A stretch of DNA of 64,000 nucleotides from Planctomycetota bacterium (GTDB lineage: Bacteria > Planctomycetota > GCA-002687715 > DRQF01): contig JALTLO010000197.1 of assembly GCA_027001995.1 (NCBI GenBank), forward strand, positions 14,781 to 78,780, given 5' to 3'. Under the pieces are notes generated by a model. It was given only the letters and a program-made list of their open reading frames with translations. It did not search any database and was not told the DNA's origin. The first letter of the stretch is position 1; the number at the start of each line of letters is the position of its first letter. Of this stretch, positions 9,313-20,138 are shown piece by piece. The position numbers and the translations under genes were made by a program.

Positions 9313-10662
9313 ATGAAACAGGTCCTCGTCATCGGAGCTGGACAAAGCTCTCCCTATCTTATCCACCAGTTGCTTCAATACGCTGAGGTCGAAGATTGGC
9401 ATGTCACCGTCGCAGATCTTGATTGTGATTTGGCCCAAAGTCGAGTGGGGGATTCCAGTCGGGGGGATGCGATTCCTTTTGATGTCCATGACGCAGAGCT
9501 GCGGCGCAGCGAAATTCGCAAGTCTGACATCGTCGTTTCGATGTTGGCACCAGAATTTCATCGGATTGTCGCCCAGGACTGTGTTGAGCTTGGACGTAAC
9601 TTGGTTACTGCTTCTTATCGAGACGCAGAGACCCGCGCTCTCGACCCTTCTGCTCGCCGAAAAGGTGTCATCATTCTTTCGGAAATGGGCATGGATCCGG
9701 GCCTCGATCACATGTCCGCCATGAGCATCATCAAGAAGGTCCGGGCATCAGGCGCTGTGATCCACGGGTTTCGCTCTTATGGCAGCGGACTACCTGCTCC
9801 TGACACCGCCGACTCGAATCCCCTTGGCTACGTCATAACCTGGAATCCACGGAATGTCGCCATTGCTGGGGCCTACGGCGCTCAATACATGGAGGACGGG
9901 CAATTCAAAGTAATTCCCTATCACGAGATGTTTCATCACACATGGGATGCTCATGTTGAGGGAATTGGGCGTCTAGAAGCTTACCCGAACCGAGATTCTC
10001 TGGCCTACAAGAAGATCTTTGGCTTGGAAGACGTCGAAACCATGATCCGCGGAACGCTGCGCTATCCTGGATGGTGTGAGACATGGGACTACATTGTGAA
10101 ACTGGGTCTCACCAATGACACCATCGAGATCCCTAACCTCGAGACGAAACGATATCGTGATGTCGTTGAAATGTTCTTGCCTCTCACCACGACAGGGTCG
10201 TCGGTGGAGCAGCGGGTTGCCGTTTGGTTGCAAATCAACCCGACGGGCAGCATTATGGAGAAGCTACGTTGGCTTGGATTGTTCTCAGAGGACTTGGTTG
10301 TCTCTCGAGGGAACACCGGCGCCCAGGTTCTCACTTCACTCTTGGTGAAGATGTTGCCTCTGCCAGAAACGGGCCGAGATATGGCAATTTTGCAACACGA
10401 ATTGGAGATTTCCTATCCGGAGCAACAAGGGCGCCGGGAACGTGTTGTTTCTTGTTTGATCGCCTTTGGCGAGCCCGGGGGATTCACAGCCATGTCCAAG
10501 ACCGTTGGACTTCCTGCGGCCATCGGCGTGAAATTAATCTTACAGGGTAAGATACGCAAGAGTGGTTGCCACATTCCAACCTTGCCCTCGATCTATGAGC
10601 CGGCATTAGAAGAGCTGAAGAATCAAGGGCTGGAATTCGCCGAGCGATTTGAAGCGATGTAG
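9313..10662 (+). CDS. Saccharopine dehydrogenase (NADP-binding) family protein
   Basis: N-terminal Rossmann motif VLVIGAGQSS. Overall length and architecture match Sacchrp_dh_NADP / Sacchrp_dh_C. Confidence 0.75.
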   Translation: MKQVLVIGAGQSSPYLIHQLLQYAEVEDWHVTVADLDCDLAQSRVGDSSRGDAIPFDVHDAELRRSEIRKSDIVVSMLAPEFHRIVAQDCVELGRNLVTASYRDAETRALDPSARRKGVIILSEMGMDPGLDHMSAMSIIKKVRASGAVIHGFRSYGSGLPAPDTADSNPLGYVITWNPRNVAIAGAYGAQYMEDGQFKVIPYHEMFHHTWDAHVEGIGRLEAYPNRDSLAYKKIFGLEDVETMIRGTLRYPGWCETWDYIVKLGLTNDTIEIPNLETKRYRDVVEMFLPLTTTGSSVEQRVAVWLQINPTGSIMEKLRWLGLFSEDLVVSRGNTGAQVLTSLLVKMLPLPETGRDMAILQHELEISYPEQQGRRERVVSCLIAFGEPGGFTAMSKTVGLPAAIGVKLILQGKIRKSGCHIPTLPSIYEPALEELKNQGLEFAERFEAM

Positions 10663-10708
10663 TCAGGAAGACTCTGCGATTCTATCGAATTGAGTGCAGT
10701 AGACGAAA

Positions 10709-10738
10709 GAGAGCCGTTGGCAAAGGCCAACGGCTCTC
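10709..10738. terminator. Perfect 13-bp stem hairpin (GAGAGCCGTTGGC-aaag-GCCAACGGCTCTC) between convergent genes; candidate bidirectional terminator
   Basis: Direct reading. It lies between the stop of 9313..10662 (+) and the stop of 10802..13408 (-). No strong U-run. Confidence 0.4.
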
Positions 10739-10801
10739 GATGTGCTCAGACCACTGATCTATGGGTCAGGGTCTCAAGGTCGTGCATGTTTCTGGTGGAG
10801 C

Positions 10802-13408
10802 CTATTCCCGAGCCCCAGGAACAATAGTCAGTTCCACTTCTTTCTCGGAGCGAACCACGATCATTTTGACAGGGACTCCCACCTTCAGTTTGGCGAATGC
10901 TGCCATGAAGGTATGGATGTCACTGACTTCGTCGCCGGCGAGTTCCACGATGATGTCACCGGGTTCGACTCCAGCTTTGTCTGCTGGGCCGCCCTCAACA
11001 GCACCTTGAAGTGGAACACCTGGAATATCAGCTTCAGCATAGTCTGGGATTGTGCCCAAGGTTACACCTGAGCTTCTGCGGGATTTCACTTCAACCTCTT
11101 CGCTCACTTGAATGAAATCAGGGTTGGTTTCTCGCAAGGAAAGTCCCCGGGCCAAAAGAGCTAGGAAGCGGCCAATCTCTGCCATGCCGTCGTAATTTAT
11201 TTTGTCGACGGTGTCGGTGTATCGGTGGTAGTCCGTATGAGCACCCGTGAACAGGGCCAAAATTGGAACACCCCGTTGATAGAAGCTTGTGGTATCCGTT
11301 GGTAGCTTCACGTCATCGTTGAGGGCGATGTTGAGGCCCACGGGGGCGTTGCGTTTTTCGATCTCCCCTCGCCAAATTGAACTTGAACCCACACCTTGAA
11401 TGGTGAGTTTCTTGTCCAAACGTCCGACCATATCCATGTTGACGTAGGCAGCGAACTTGCCGTTAAGACTTGCTGGACGGCCAGCCATTTCCCACAAGAG
11501 CATGGTGAAGTATTTTGACCCTTGCAGGCCCAATTCTTCTCCCGACCAACAGCAGAAGATGATGTCTCGACGGCTCTTGAGCTTACCTCGGCTCTTCATG
11601 TCGCTGAGATACTCAGCAACCTCAAGAAGTGTCGCCACACCCGAGGCGTTGTCATCGGCTCCGTGGTGAATCTTGTTCTTGTGTTCCTTCTTGGAGCGAG
11701 AGAAGGAGCCCCCTTGGGTGCCCAAGTGGTCGATGTGTGCACCTAAGACGATAGCTGGAAGTTTGTCTTGAGCATCACTTCTGAGAACGGCGACAACGTT
11801 GTGTCCCGTTCCTGTGATTTTCGGATCTGTATCTATTTTGAACTTGAACTCTTGAATGTTGCCTTCGGTCCGCAACACCAAAGCCATGGTGGCACCTTGG
11901 GCATCCAATTCAATGCCATTGTCGGCGCGGGCTTGTGACAAGGGAGAAAGGCCCATGTCTTGGAAGCGGCGGGCAGCATAAATTGCCGCCAGTTCTTCGC
12001 CCATAGAACCAGTGAAGCGACCTTTTGTGGCGTTGGAAGCCAGAGTCTCCAAATGCAGCTTGAGGTCATCCACGGAAATCTTGGGGTCAGTCTCAATCCC
12101 CAACTTATTCATCACAAAGGCGATGCGCCGGTAGTCAGTCATGGCCACTTGGCTGGGTTGAGAGGTGGCCCGTGATGTTGTTGTTGGCTTAGAAGTGGGA
12201 CGACTCTTGGCTGGCATACGTTGGGATTTGATAAGTGCCAGTGCCTTGGCGTGATCCCACTTACCGATGAAGATTTGCGATTTGGCGTTGGGCGTTCTTT
12301 GGGAGGTCCAGGCCAATGATTTTCCATCAGGATGGAACATCGGAAGGCCATCGAACTTGTCGGTGAAGGAAACACGGATGGGTTTCCCTTCGCCATTCTT
12401 GTCAACCAAGTAGAGCTCGAAGTTGCCGAAGCCGTGCTTATTGGTGGAAAAAATCAGATATTCGCCACTGGGGTGAAAGCTGGGTGCCCAGGACATGGCA
12501 TTGATGTGAGTCAATTGCTTCTTGTCGCTGCCATCGACGTTCATGGTGAAAATCTCGGCGCGCATGCCGTCTTCTGAGAAACGACGCCAGCAAATACGGC
12601 TGCCGTCTGGACTGAAGAAGGGGCCACCGTCGTAGCCGCGGGCTTTGGTGAGGCGCTTCACTTGGGAGCCATCAGCCTTCATGATGTAGATATCCATGAA
12701 GAGAGAGCGATCTTTGTCAAATCGCTGCTGATCGGCTTTTGAAAGCTTTTCAGTGAATCCAGAGCGATTGGAAGCGAATGCTATCCATTTCCCATCAGGG
12801 GAGTAGCTGCCTTCCGCGTCGTAGCCCATTGTGTTGGTCAGATTTTTCCGCTCACCGGTTTTTGGATCATAAACGAACAATTCATAAGAATCGTCGTAGT
12901 CCCAGGCATAGCGGCGCTCTTGTCCAGAGGCACGAAAGTCAAGTTCGGCTTTCATCTTGACCAAGGCTTGGGGGTCTTCGTGAGTCGAGGCGAACAAGAC
13001 GCGTTTGCCGTCTGGGTGAATCCACGAACAGGTCGTCTTGCCGATGCCAGGCGAGATTCTTTCTGTATCACCGGTTTCCAGGTCCATACGGTAGATTTGG
13101 TAGAAGGGGTTCTTGGCCGATCGTTCGCTCTGAAAAATCATGGACGACCCATCGACACTGAAATAGCCTTCTCCAGCTCGCAGGCCTTCAAACGTCAATT
13201 GACGGGTTCCCGACAGGAAACGGGCTTCATTTTCCGGCGTTAGGGCTTCTTTTTCGCTTTGGGGCGAGAATTTTTTCGTCGTTTGGCAAATGGCCTGTGG
13301 CAAGATCGTTGCCAGGATCAGGCATAAAAGCAGGGCTCTCATCGAATTCTCCGGTGTTCCGTTGGAATCTCCTAAATGGATTCTAACGAGCCAAAGGCTC
13401 GAATACAC
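10802..13408 (-). CDS. Secreted TolB-like beta-propeller / M28 family peptidase / C-terminal PDZ protein
   Basis: Signal peptide. Repeated SPDG..IAF...DIY blades. M28 zinc-peptidase motifs (HxDH..G, GADDNASG). C-terminal PDZ-like segment. Confidence 0.7.
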   Translation of the reverse strand: MYSSLWLVRIHLGDSNGTPENSMRALLLCLILATILPQAICQTTKKFSPQSEKEALTPENEARFLSGTRQLTFEGLRAGEGYFSVDGSSMIFQSERSAKNPFYQIYRMDLETGDTERISPGIGKTTCSWIHPDGKRVLFASTHEDPQALVKMKAELDFRASGQERRYAWDYDDSYELFVYDPKTGERKNLTNTMGYDAEGSYSPDGKWIAFASNRSGFTEKLSKADQQRFDKDRSLFMDIYIMKADGSQVKRLTKARGYDGGPFFSPDGSRICWRRFSEDGMRAEIFTMNVDGSDKKQLTHINAMSWAPSFHPSGEYLIFSTNKHGFGNFELYLVDKNGEGKPIRVSFTDKFDGLPMFHPDGKSLAWTSQRTPNAKSQIFIGKWDHAKALALIKSQRMPAKSRPTSKPTTTSRATSQPSQVAMTDYRRIAFVMNKLGIETDPKISVDDLKLHLETLASNATKGRFTGSMGEELAAIYAARRFQDMGLSPLSQARADNGIELDAQGATMALVLRTEGNIQEFKFKIDTDPKITGTGHNVVAVLRSDAQDKLPAIVLGAHIDHLGTQGGSFSRSKKEHKNKIHHGADDNASGVATLLEVAEYLSDMKSRGKLKSRRDIIFCCWSGEELGLQGSKYFTMLLWEMAGRPASLNGKFAAYVNMDMVGRLDKKLTIQGVGSSSIWRGEIEKRNAPVGLNIALNDDVKLPTDTTSFYQRGVPILALFTGAHTDYHRYTDTVDKINYDGMAEIGRFLALLARGLSLRETNPDFIQVSEEVEVKSRRSSGVTLGTIPDYAEADIPGVPLQGAVEGGPADKAGVEPGDIIVELAGDEVSDIHTFMAAFAKLKVGVPVKMIVVRSEKEVELTIVPGARE

Positions 13409-13434
13409 CTCCTGAACAGGTAAGATCTTGCACT

Positions 13435-16248
13435 ATGAGCGAGTCATTCGAAGAAGAAGTCACCCGAATTGCCAAACGCCTTGAAACCATGCCTCAAGAG
13501 GCGATTGAGGCAGAATTGGACACGATTCACCTGGCAGACAGAGAGCTAGCTGCGGCTCTTCGGGTGCGATTGGATGCGACAACGATGGCAATGGGGGCAT
13601 TTCGAGCAGAAAAAACCGCTCATGGCGGACATGCCCCCACCCATTCCGAGAAAATTCGGCGCCAGACTGATGTGCCTTTAGTGGGAATGGAGATTGGGGG
13701 CTGCAAACTCGAAGGATTGATCGCTGAGGGCGGTATGGGGGCCGTATTTGAGGCTACCCAGCAGCCCATGGGGCGAAAAGTGGCTGTTAAGTTGATGAAG
13801 AATGGTTTGGTTTCTCGGGAAGCCCGGCAACGATTCGACTATGAAGCTAAACTTGTGGCCAATTTGGCTCATCCAGGTGTGGCGCAAGTGTTTGGCTCCG
13901 GCGTCTGCGAGTCGGAGAGGGGTGGCGTTGCCGTTCCTTATATAATCATGGAGCTGGTGGCGGATGCCCGGAGCCTTCGGGAGTTTGTGCGGGAAGAGCA
14001 CCTGGGAGTCAACGAAACCTGTGAACTGTTTGTCCAAGTTTGCGAAGCCGTGTTCTTTGCTCATCAACATGGAATCATCCACCGAGACCTGAAACCGGCG
14101 AATATTCTTGTGGGTGCAGATGGCCGACCGCGAGTGATCGATTTTGGCGTGGCCCATGTTGAAGACGATGCCAACTTAACCCGGTCTTTCGAAACGAACC
14201 CGGGCTCTATTGTTGGGACTTTGCCTTACATGAGTCCGGAGCAAGTTGGAGGGGATGAAGTCGTTGATGTTCGCAGTGACGAATATACGTTGGGTGTTAT
14301 TCTCTACGAACTTCTCTGTGGTTTCAGGCCATACAATTTTGACCAAAAGTCTTTACCCCAGGCCATCGAGGTGATTCGCGGGGTGGCACCACAGCGGCCG
14401 TCGAAATCTGTTCCCTCCCTGGCCGGAGACCTCGATACCATCATCCTGAAGTCCATGCGAAAAGATCGCAAGGATCGCTATCAAACGGTGGATGATTTCG
14501 CCGAAGATATTCGGCGATACTTAGGGGGCTTGCCCATAGAAGCACGCCCAACGACGATGGGCTACCAAGTCCGGTTGTTCACAAGGCGAAATCGTTTGCT
14601 CGTTACTTTGTCTCTCATCTTTGTCGTCGGCCTGATCGTCGCAACGGTTTTTTCGGTAAACCAAGCAATTTCGGCTCGGGAGTCAGAAAATAAGGCTGTA
14701 GCTGCGGCTCGCGAAGCGACTCAGAGTCGCGACATGGCCCGTGATTCCGAAAGCAAGGCCAAAGCCGCAGCACTTGAGGCAACGAGGAGCCGGGACCAAG
14801 CTCTTCGGCTTTTGGCCGAAACAAGGAGCTTAGCTGAGTGGTTGGTGATCGACCTTCTCAATGAAGTGGCGGCGCTACCGGGCAGTACGCCACTGGCAGA
14901 AAAACTCGCAATCAAAGTCGCTGATCATCTGGACACCATGGCTCCTGATGCGGCCTTGGACCCAGAGATGCAGCGAACGATCGCTTTGGCTTACATGGAA
15001 ATCGGGTCGGTCATGGGAACGCCGACTCGCCCGAATCTGGGGAAGCGTAAAGAGGCCCTCGTTCACTTGGCAAAGGCGGAATCTCGTTTTCTCAAACGCT
15101 GGGAGGAAGACCCATCTCCTCGACGAACCATCGATCTCTGTGTAGCCCAATCTCTGTCGGCGGAGATCTTGGATTCTATGGGGGATACGGATGAGGCCAG
15201 AAAGATCTATGAGGTTGGCATGGCTCGCTTACTGGCCATAGAACCCCAGGCAGATCTGAAGCTCAAGCGGGATTCTCTTTTGGCAAGTTTCAAACGAGAC
15301 ATGGCGATGGTATGGGCTAAGGAAGGGAAACCTCAGCAAGCCATCGACGCCCTTCGTGACGTTGTCAAGATGAGGTCAGCAGTCATAGCAGCAGGCAAGA
15401 ACGATGGAAGCCAGAAACGTCAGCTCATCATGGACAAGAACACGTTGGCCCAGCTTCTTGGGCTCAACGGGCAAGCCCAGGAAGCTGAAGCTCTGCTGCG
15501 CGCCACCATGCCGGAAGTTTTGGCTTCTGAAAAGGAGGGGAACATCGCCGCGGAAGATGGGGCTGTGATTCGCTTTCAGCTCGCGGATGCGTTGAGCGTT
15601 CAGAAAGGAAAGGAAAAGGAAGCTTTAGATCTCTTCTTGGAGGTTCTCGCAATCCGCCAGGCATTGTCGGTGGGAGACGAAACGAACATCAGCCGGATGG
15701 AGAGCTTGGCTACGGTGTTGGAACGCTGCAGTACAATGACCGCCATCGTCACGGGAGATAATAGCCGTGCATTCGAGTATGTTGATCGCACGGTCGCCAT
15801 AACGCGGCACATGTTAGAAATCTCTCCGGATTCTTTAGATCATGTCAGTCGCTTGCGGATTTCTCTCGGACGCAAAGCGGGTTTGGCTAACATTCTGAAG
15901 CGCAAGGAAATTGCCTTGGCAGCCTCGGAAGAGAGCTTCGCCATGGCGAAGAAACTCTTCAACGAAATGCCTGACTCTCTGGCTAGCCAACGAGCCATGG
16001 CCGAATCATGGACGCTGAAAGGGCACGTGTTCTTGAATAAACCGGGGCAGGCTGACTCCCTTGAGATGACAATTTCTTGTTATGAGCAGGCTCTTGTGGC
16101 CTTTCAGGAAGGCAATAAGTATCTATTGAAACTCAAAAACTTGGACCCGACGCCGTTTTGGGTGGCACGATCCTTCAAGGCACAGCAACTCTATATTTCT
16201 GCGACCAAAGATGGACTCGCCAATTTGAAGAAACTGATCAACAAATGA
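13435..16248 (+). CDS. Ser/Thr protein kinase with TM segment and C-terminal TPR-like repeat domain
   Basis: Hanks kinase motifs: GxGxxG-like, VAVK, HRDLKPANIL, DFG, SPEQ. A TM helix lies around residue 390. Long alpha-helical repeat tail. Confidence 0.85.
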   Translation: MSESFEEEVTRIAKRLETMPQEAIEAELDTIHLADRELAAALRVRLDATTMAMGAFRAEKTAHGGHAPTHSEKIRRQTDVPLVGMEIGGCKLEGLIAEGGMGAVFEATQQPMGRKVAVKLMKNGLVSREARQRFDYEAKLVANLAHPGVAQVFGSGVCESERGGVAVPYIIMELVADARSLREFVREEHLGVNETCELFVQVCEAVFFAHQHGIIHRDLKPANILVGADGRPRVIDFGVAHVEDDANLTRSFETNPGSIVGTLPYMSPEQVGGDEVVDVRSDEYTLGVILYELLCGFRPYNFDQKSLPQAIEVIRGVAPQRPSKSVPSLAGDLDTIILKSMRKDRKDRYQTVDDFAEDIRRYLGGLPIEARPTTMGYQVRLFTRRNRLLVTLSLIFVVGLIVATVFSVNQAISARESENKAVAAAREATQSRDMARDSESKAKAAALEATRSRDQALRLLAETRSLAEWLVIDLLNEVAALPGSTPLAEKLAIKVADHLDTMAPDAALDPEMQRTIALAYMEIGSVMGTPTRPNLGKRKEALVHLAKAESRFLKRWEEDPSPRRTIDLCVAQSLSAEILDSMGDTDEARKIYEVGMARLLAIEPQADLKLKRDSLLASFKRDMAMVWAKEGKPQQAIDALRDVVKMRSAVIAAGKNDGSQKRQLIMDKNTLAQLLGLNGQAQEAEALLRATMPEVLASEKEGNIAAEDGAVIRFQLADALSVQKGKEKEALDLFLEVLAIRQALSVGDETNISRMESLATVLERCSTMTAIVTGDNSRAFEYVDRTVAITRHMLEISPDSLDHVSRLRISLGRKAGLANILKRKEIALAASEESFAMAKKLFNEMPDSLASQRAMAESWTLKGHVFLNKPGQADSLEMTISCYEQALVAFQEGNKYLLKLKNLDPTPFWVARSFKAQQLYISATKDGLANLKKLINK

Positions 16249-16309
16249 TCGAGGACCATTTCATTTCGATCTTGAAGGGTGTGAGGGTTGTACGCTAAAC
16301 CCAGTCATC

Positions 16310-17242
16310 ATGAAGCGTTTCCAAACTATCACAACTGTCGTCAGCCTGCTGATTTTGGCAGCCATTGCCATCATCAAGGTTCAATCCGATCCCCTGAGCA
16401 CCAACAACAAATTTGTTGCCGGTGACTATCGCATCTTGCCAACGAGTTCGGATCAGGTTGATCTACTGGGGTTGTTTTTGACTCCTGATGCGATTGTTGG
16501 CATCCCTGAACAAGCCATGGAGTATTCTCGCATCGCCATGGTGGACCCACGATATCAAAAGATTCCGACCTATGAGCGTTTTGTAACTGAGACGGCATTG
16601 CAATGGGATCCCAACCTGGTTCTCATTAGCCCCTTCGTTGCTCCTGATACGCGATTTCAGTTGGAAAAGTATGGTATTTCTCTTTTGTCCTTAGGTAAAC
16701 GAGCCAATTGGAAAGACCTCAAGAGCTCGATTCAGAAATTAGGAAAGGTCTTGGGGAAACGTGGTTTGGCGGATTCTCTGATTGCCAAACATGAGGCTCG
16801 TTTGGAGTCATTGGACGCCATCGTTGAAGCCCAGGCAAGACCAACGGACGAGAACCGTGTCCTTTCTTACGCTAACTACGGAACGGGAGGTTGGGGTGCT
16901 GGTGTCGGGCTGTCGATCGATAGTGTGATCAAGAGAGCTGGATTGAAGAATGCTGCACTTGAATTGAATCGCCCAGGAGCGTTCGCCATGAGTTTTGAAG
17001 ATCTCATACAGCTCGATCCAGATTATATCATCGTGGTGGAAGGTAAGAATGGCAAGCCAAGTTCAACCGAGCAAACTCTCATAGACCATGAGCAAACGGC
17101 GTCTCTACGCGCTGTCAAGAATGGACGCCTGCTTCGTTTGCCTGCGAGTCTTCTTTCGGCGAGTTCTCAAGAGATGATCACGGCAGCTGAAGAGTTGCAT
17201 CGAATCTGGCGAGCTGCAGAAGCCAAACGAGCACAAAATTGA
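16310..17242 (+). CDS. ABC transporter periplasmic substrate-binding protein (FhuD/BtuF-like, iron-siderophore/cobalamin class)
   Basis: Signal/TM anchor and Peripla_BP_2-like organisation. First gene of a three-gene ABC operon with overlapping stops and starts. Confidence 0.7.
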   Translation: MKRFQTITTVVSLLILAAIAIIKVQSDPLSTNNKFVAGDYRILPTSSDQVDLLGLFLTPDAIVGIPEQAMEYSRIAMVDPRYQKIPTYERFVTETALQWDPNLVLISPFVAPDTRFQLEKYGISLLSLGKRANWKDLKSSIQKLGKVLGKRGLADSLIAKHEARLESLDAIVEAQARPTDENRVLSYANYGTGGWGAGVGLSIDSVIKRAGLKNAALELNRPGAFAMSFEDLIQLDPDYIIVVEGKNGKPSSTEQTLIDHEQTASLRAVKNGRLLRLPASLLSASSQEMITAAEELHRIWRAAEAKRAQN

Positions 17243-18315
17243 AGCGCCTTTCTCCTCCCTCGAACCCCATGGCTTTCTTGCCATTCTTTGGGGTCGCATT
17301 TGCTGGGCTTGTGGTGGCGTCTATGGCATGGGGGCGGACAGTGAACTATGAGCTTGGCACCGTTCTCTCTGGCATAATGACGACCTTCGGATTTGAACAA
17401 GACTTAGCTCGCAAGACTCAGTTTGTCCTCGAACTCCGTTTGTGGCGGGCTCTCACTACAGCGGGGGTGGGGGCGGCTCTGGCCTATTCTGGTGCTCTCT
17501 TGCAAGGTGTTTTTCGCAATGGACTGGCAGCTCCCTCTGTGATCGGCGTTACGGCTGGGGCGAGCCTTGGGGCTGCCTTGACGATCATGGCATTGGGGGG
17601 CTTTCTGCCTTCGATGGCTTTCGCTTCCGGGTTTGAGTTTTCGACCTTCGGAATCCTCATGGCGTCTTTCTTGGGCTCGTTCTTGAGTGTTTTGGCTGTG
17701 GTTTTGTTGGCAAGCGAAAGGGGGCGGGTGTCGATTTCATCCCTTCTCCTCACAGGCATCGCGGTCAATGCTTGTATTGCTGGATTGTTGTCTGCTGCCC
17801 AGGCGTATGCTTTGAAGGACTACGAAGTATCTAAAGCTATCTTCGCTTGGACCTTTGGCAACCTTGACGACAAGACAAGCATGCATGGGATCTTGATTTG
17901 GTTGGCTGTTGGTTGCGGGGTGATTGCGATTCCACGCTTAGCGATCGAGTTGGATCTCTTTGCTGGTGGTGAAGATGACGCCCGATCTTTAGGGGTGCCT
18001 ACCGGGAAGACGAAAATGTTGGCCATCTCCGTCGCTGCTCTTATGGCCGCGACTGCCGTTGCCGTAGCCGGGCAGATCGCCTTTGTTGGCTTGGTGGTTC
18101 CGCACCTAGTGCGTTCTGTTTTTGGAGCAAGCCATCGCCAACTCTTGCCTCTTTCTATTATGGGAGGGGCCTTGTTTTTGACTGGCGCCGAGTGCCTACA
18201 GATTGCGATTCTTAAGGACTCAGCTCTCCGACCAGGAGTTTTGATGTCACTTGTTGGGGGGCCATTCTTTCTCTTGCTGCTCAGCAGGCGGAAGGGAGCT
18301 ATTCAGTCATGGTAG
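17239..18315 (+). CDS. FecCD-family ABC transporter permease
   Basis: Polytopic membrane protein with the FecCD/BtuC pattern. Overlaps neighbouring genes by 4 and 7 nt. Confidence 0.8.
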   Translation: MKRLSPPSNPMAFLPFFGVAFAGLVVASMAWGRTVNYELGTVLSGIMTTFGFEQDLARKTQFVLELRLWRALTTAGVGAALAYSGALLQGVFRNGLAAPSVIGVTAGASLGAALTIMALGGFLPSMAFASGFEFSTFGILMASFLGSFLSVLAVVLLASERGRVSISSLLLTGIAVNACIAGLLSAAQAYALKDYEVSKAIFAWTFGNLDDKTSMHGILIWLAVGCGVIAIPRLAIELDLFAGGEDDARSLGVPTGKTKMLAISVAALMAATAVAVAGQIAFVGLVVPHLVRSVFGASHRQLLPLSIMGGALFLTGAECLQIAILKDSALRPGVLMSLVGGPFFLLLLSRRKGAIQSW

Positions 18316-19112
18316 TGCGTATTCAGGCAACTCATTCTTCCTTCGGATACGGGGAAGGACCCATCGTCCGAGGTGTTTCCTTGGAGGTTCGAGAGGCAGA
18401 GCTCCTGACCATCGTTGGACCAAACGGAGCTGGCAAAAGTACCCTCATCAAGGGGCTTGCTGGTTTGATTTCTCCCAGCGAAGGGAGGGTTGAGGCCGCA
18501 GGAGAATCTCTTTGTGCCATGGACTTAGGAAAGCGAGCCAAAATGGTTGCTGTTCTCCCTCAGTCTTTGCGACACCTCCAGGGGATTACCGTTGCTGAGT
18601 TTGTGGCGCAAGGTCGATATGTTCATCGACCTTCCTGGCAGCATATGGGAGCAATGGACGAGGAGGTCATTGGACGATCACTTCAGCGATGTGAACTTGG
18701 AGGGCTAAAGGACCGTCCGATGAATCAACTTTCAGGTGGTGAACGTCAACGAGCAGTTTTTGCCAGGGCATTGGCCCAGGAGTCGGATATTCTTTTGGTA
18801 GATGAACCCACTGCCGCTTTGGATGGTCGCCATCAGCTTTGGATTTTCGAACAGTTAGCGTCTTTGGCCGCCAGTTCTACTGCTGTTGTGGCTGTGACCC
18901 ATGATCTTAACTTAGCAAGCCAATTCTCCCATCGGGTGGTCTTGATGGAAGATGGTGCTGTCTCGAAGCAAGGCGACCCGAAAGACGTGCTCACACCTGG
19001 CTATCTCAAAGGGCTTCTGGGTGAGAATTTCTTGACAGGCCAAGAGACGTCTTCCATCTGCCAAGAAGAGAGACCCTGGTTTATCCCTTGGCTTCCTCCA
19101 CCTTCTTCATGA
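18309..19112 (+). CDS. ABC transporter ATP-binding protein (FecE/BtuD-like)
   Basis: Walker A GPNGAGKST, ABC signature LSGGERQR, Walker B LLVDEPTAALD. Confidence 0.85.
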   Translation: MVVRIQATHSSFGYGEGPIVRGVSLEVREAELLTIVGPNGAGKSTLIKGLAGLISPSEGRVEAAGESLCAMDLGKRAKMVAVLPQSLRHLQGITVAEFVAQGRYVHRPSWQHMGAMDEEVIGRSLQRCELGGLKDRPMNQLSGGERQRAVFARALAQESDILLVDEPTAALDGRHQLWIFEQLASLAASSTAVVAVTHDLNLASQFSHRVVLMEDGAVSKQGDPKDVLTPGYLKGLLGENFLTGQETSSICQEERPWFIPWLPPPSS

Positions 19113-20138
19113 TCTTGAGGCCGTTGAAGTTCGGTGAAGGTCGCGGGCCAAAAGCGCGGCGCCGAGAAGTCCAGAATTGGGACTGCGAATAAGCCAAACT
19201 GGGATTTTTTCTAAGAAATCGACAAACCGTCCTTTCGCTTCTAGATTCGAGCGAAACCGTTTGGGGTCAAACGCAGACAATAGGCGAGGGACAATTCCTC
19301 CGCCCACGTAAATACCCCCTGTGGCCATGAGAATCAAAGCCAAGTCACCGGCTACGGCGCCGAGGATGTCGAAAAACGTTGTGATCGACTTTTGGCATAT
19401 GGCATCGTCGCGGTTAAATGCACGATCGCTAATCACCCGCGCTGCATCTTGATGATCGCCATTGACGATAGCTTGGAGCTCTTCGTCAACGTCTGATTCT
19501 TCTAAGTAGGCGCGAACAGTGTAGGCGGTGATAGCGGTCAGCCCGGCCCCAGAAAGAAGCCTTTCGTTAGACACGCGTCCGAAGCGCTCTTGCATGAAGC
19601 TAAACAACCCCACTTCCCAATCAGATCGTGGGGCGAAGCTGGCATGGCCACCTTCTGAGTGTTGAATGCGGTAGCCCCCGGCACATCCTGGGTCGGGCAA
19701 GAGGTAGGCTACTCCCAAGCCGGTGCCAGGGCCCAAAAGCAAAACCGGTCCCCATTCTTTTGCCTTCCCATCCTGGATGGCTAATAGGTCATTGGTCTTG
19801 AGCGCTGGGACGGCCCTGGCCATGGCGGTGAAGTCGTTGACTAAACGAAGTTGCTCGATTCCGGTGACGGCCCGCAGTTCTTCTTCGTCAAGGTTCCACG
19901 GTAAGTTCGTCCCGCGACAAATACCGTCTTGGATTGGCCCTGCTACGCCGATGGCAGCCGCATGAGGGAAGGGGGTTCCGTCCACCTCTGCCTGACGTAG
20001 GAAACCGTGGATGGCGACGCCGCAGTCGGCGGTGTCTTGAGTCGAAAGGACGATCTCTCGGAGGCAGGAGCCGCCTTCGTCGTCGAAAATCGCTAACCGC
20101 AAGTTCGTTCCGCCAATGTCACCGGCCAAAATACTCAT
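19107..20138 (-). CDS. glk: Glucokinase
   Basis: The N-terminal GDIGGTNLRLA motif is typical of the Glk family. The preferred start, MSILAGD (ATG at 20138), overlaps the upstream stop in an ATGA arrangement. The track ORF extends to 20210. Confidence 0.8.
   Translation of the reverse strand: MSILAGDIGGTNLRLAIFDDEGGSCLREIVLSTQDTADCGVAIHGFLRQAEVDGTPFPHAAAIGVAGPIQDGICRGTNLPWNLDEEELRAVTGIEQLRLVNDFTAMARAVPALKTNDLLAIQDGKAKEWGPVLLLGPGTGLGVAYLLPDPGCAGGYRIQHSEGGHASFAPRSDWEVGLFSFMQERFGRVSNERLLSGAGLTAITAYTVRAYLEESDVDEELQAIVNGDHQDAARVISDRAFNRDDAICQKSITTFFDILGAVAGDLALILMATGGIYVGGGIVPRLLSAFDPKRFRSNLEAKGRFVDFLEKIPVWLIRSPNSGLLGAALLARDLHRTSTASRS

Noticed and set aside
9247-9711. 154-aa minus-strand ORF
   Set aside because: It lies entirely antisense inside the well-supported saccharopine dehydrogenase gene. 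It has no motifs.
13678-14157. 159-aa minus-strand ORF
   Set aside because: Antisense to the kinase domain of 13435..16248. Typical shadow ORF in GC-rich DNA.
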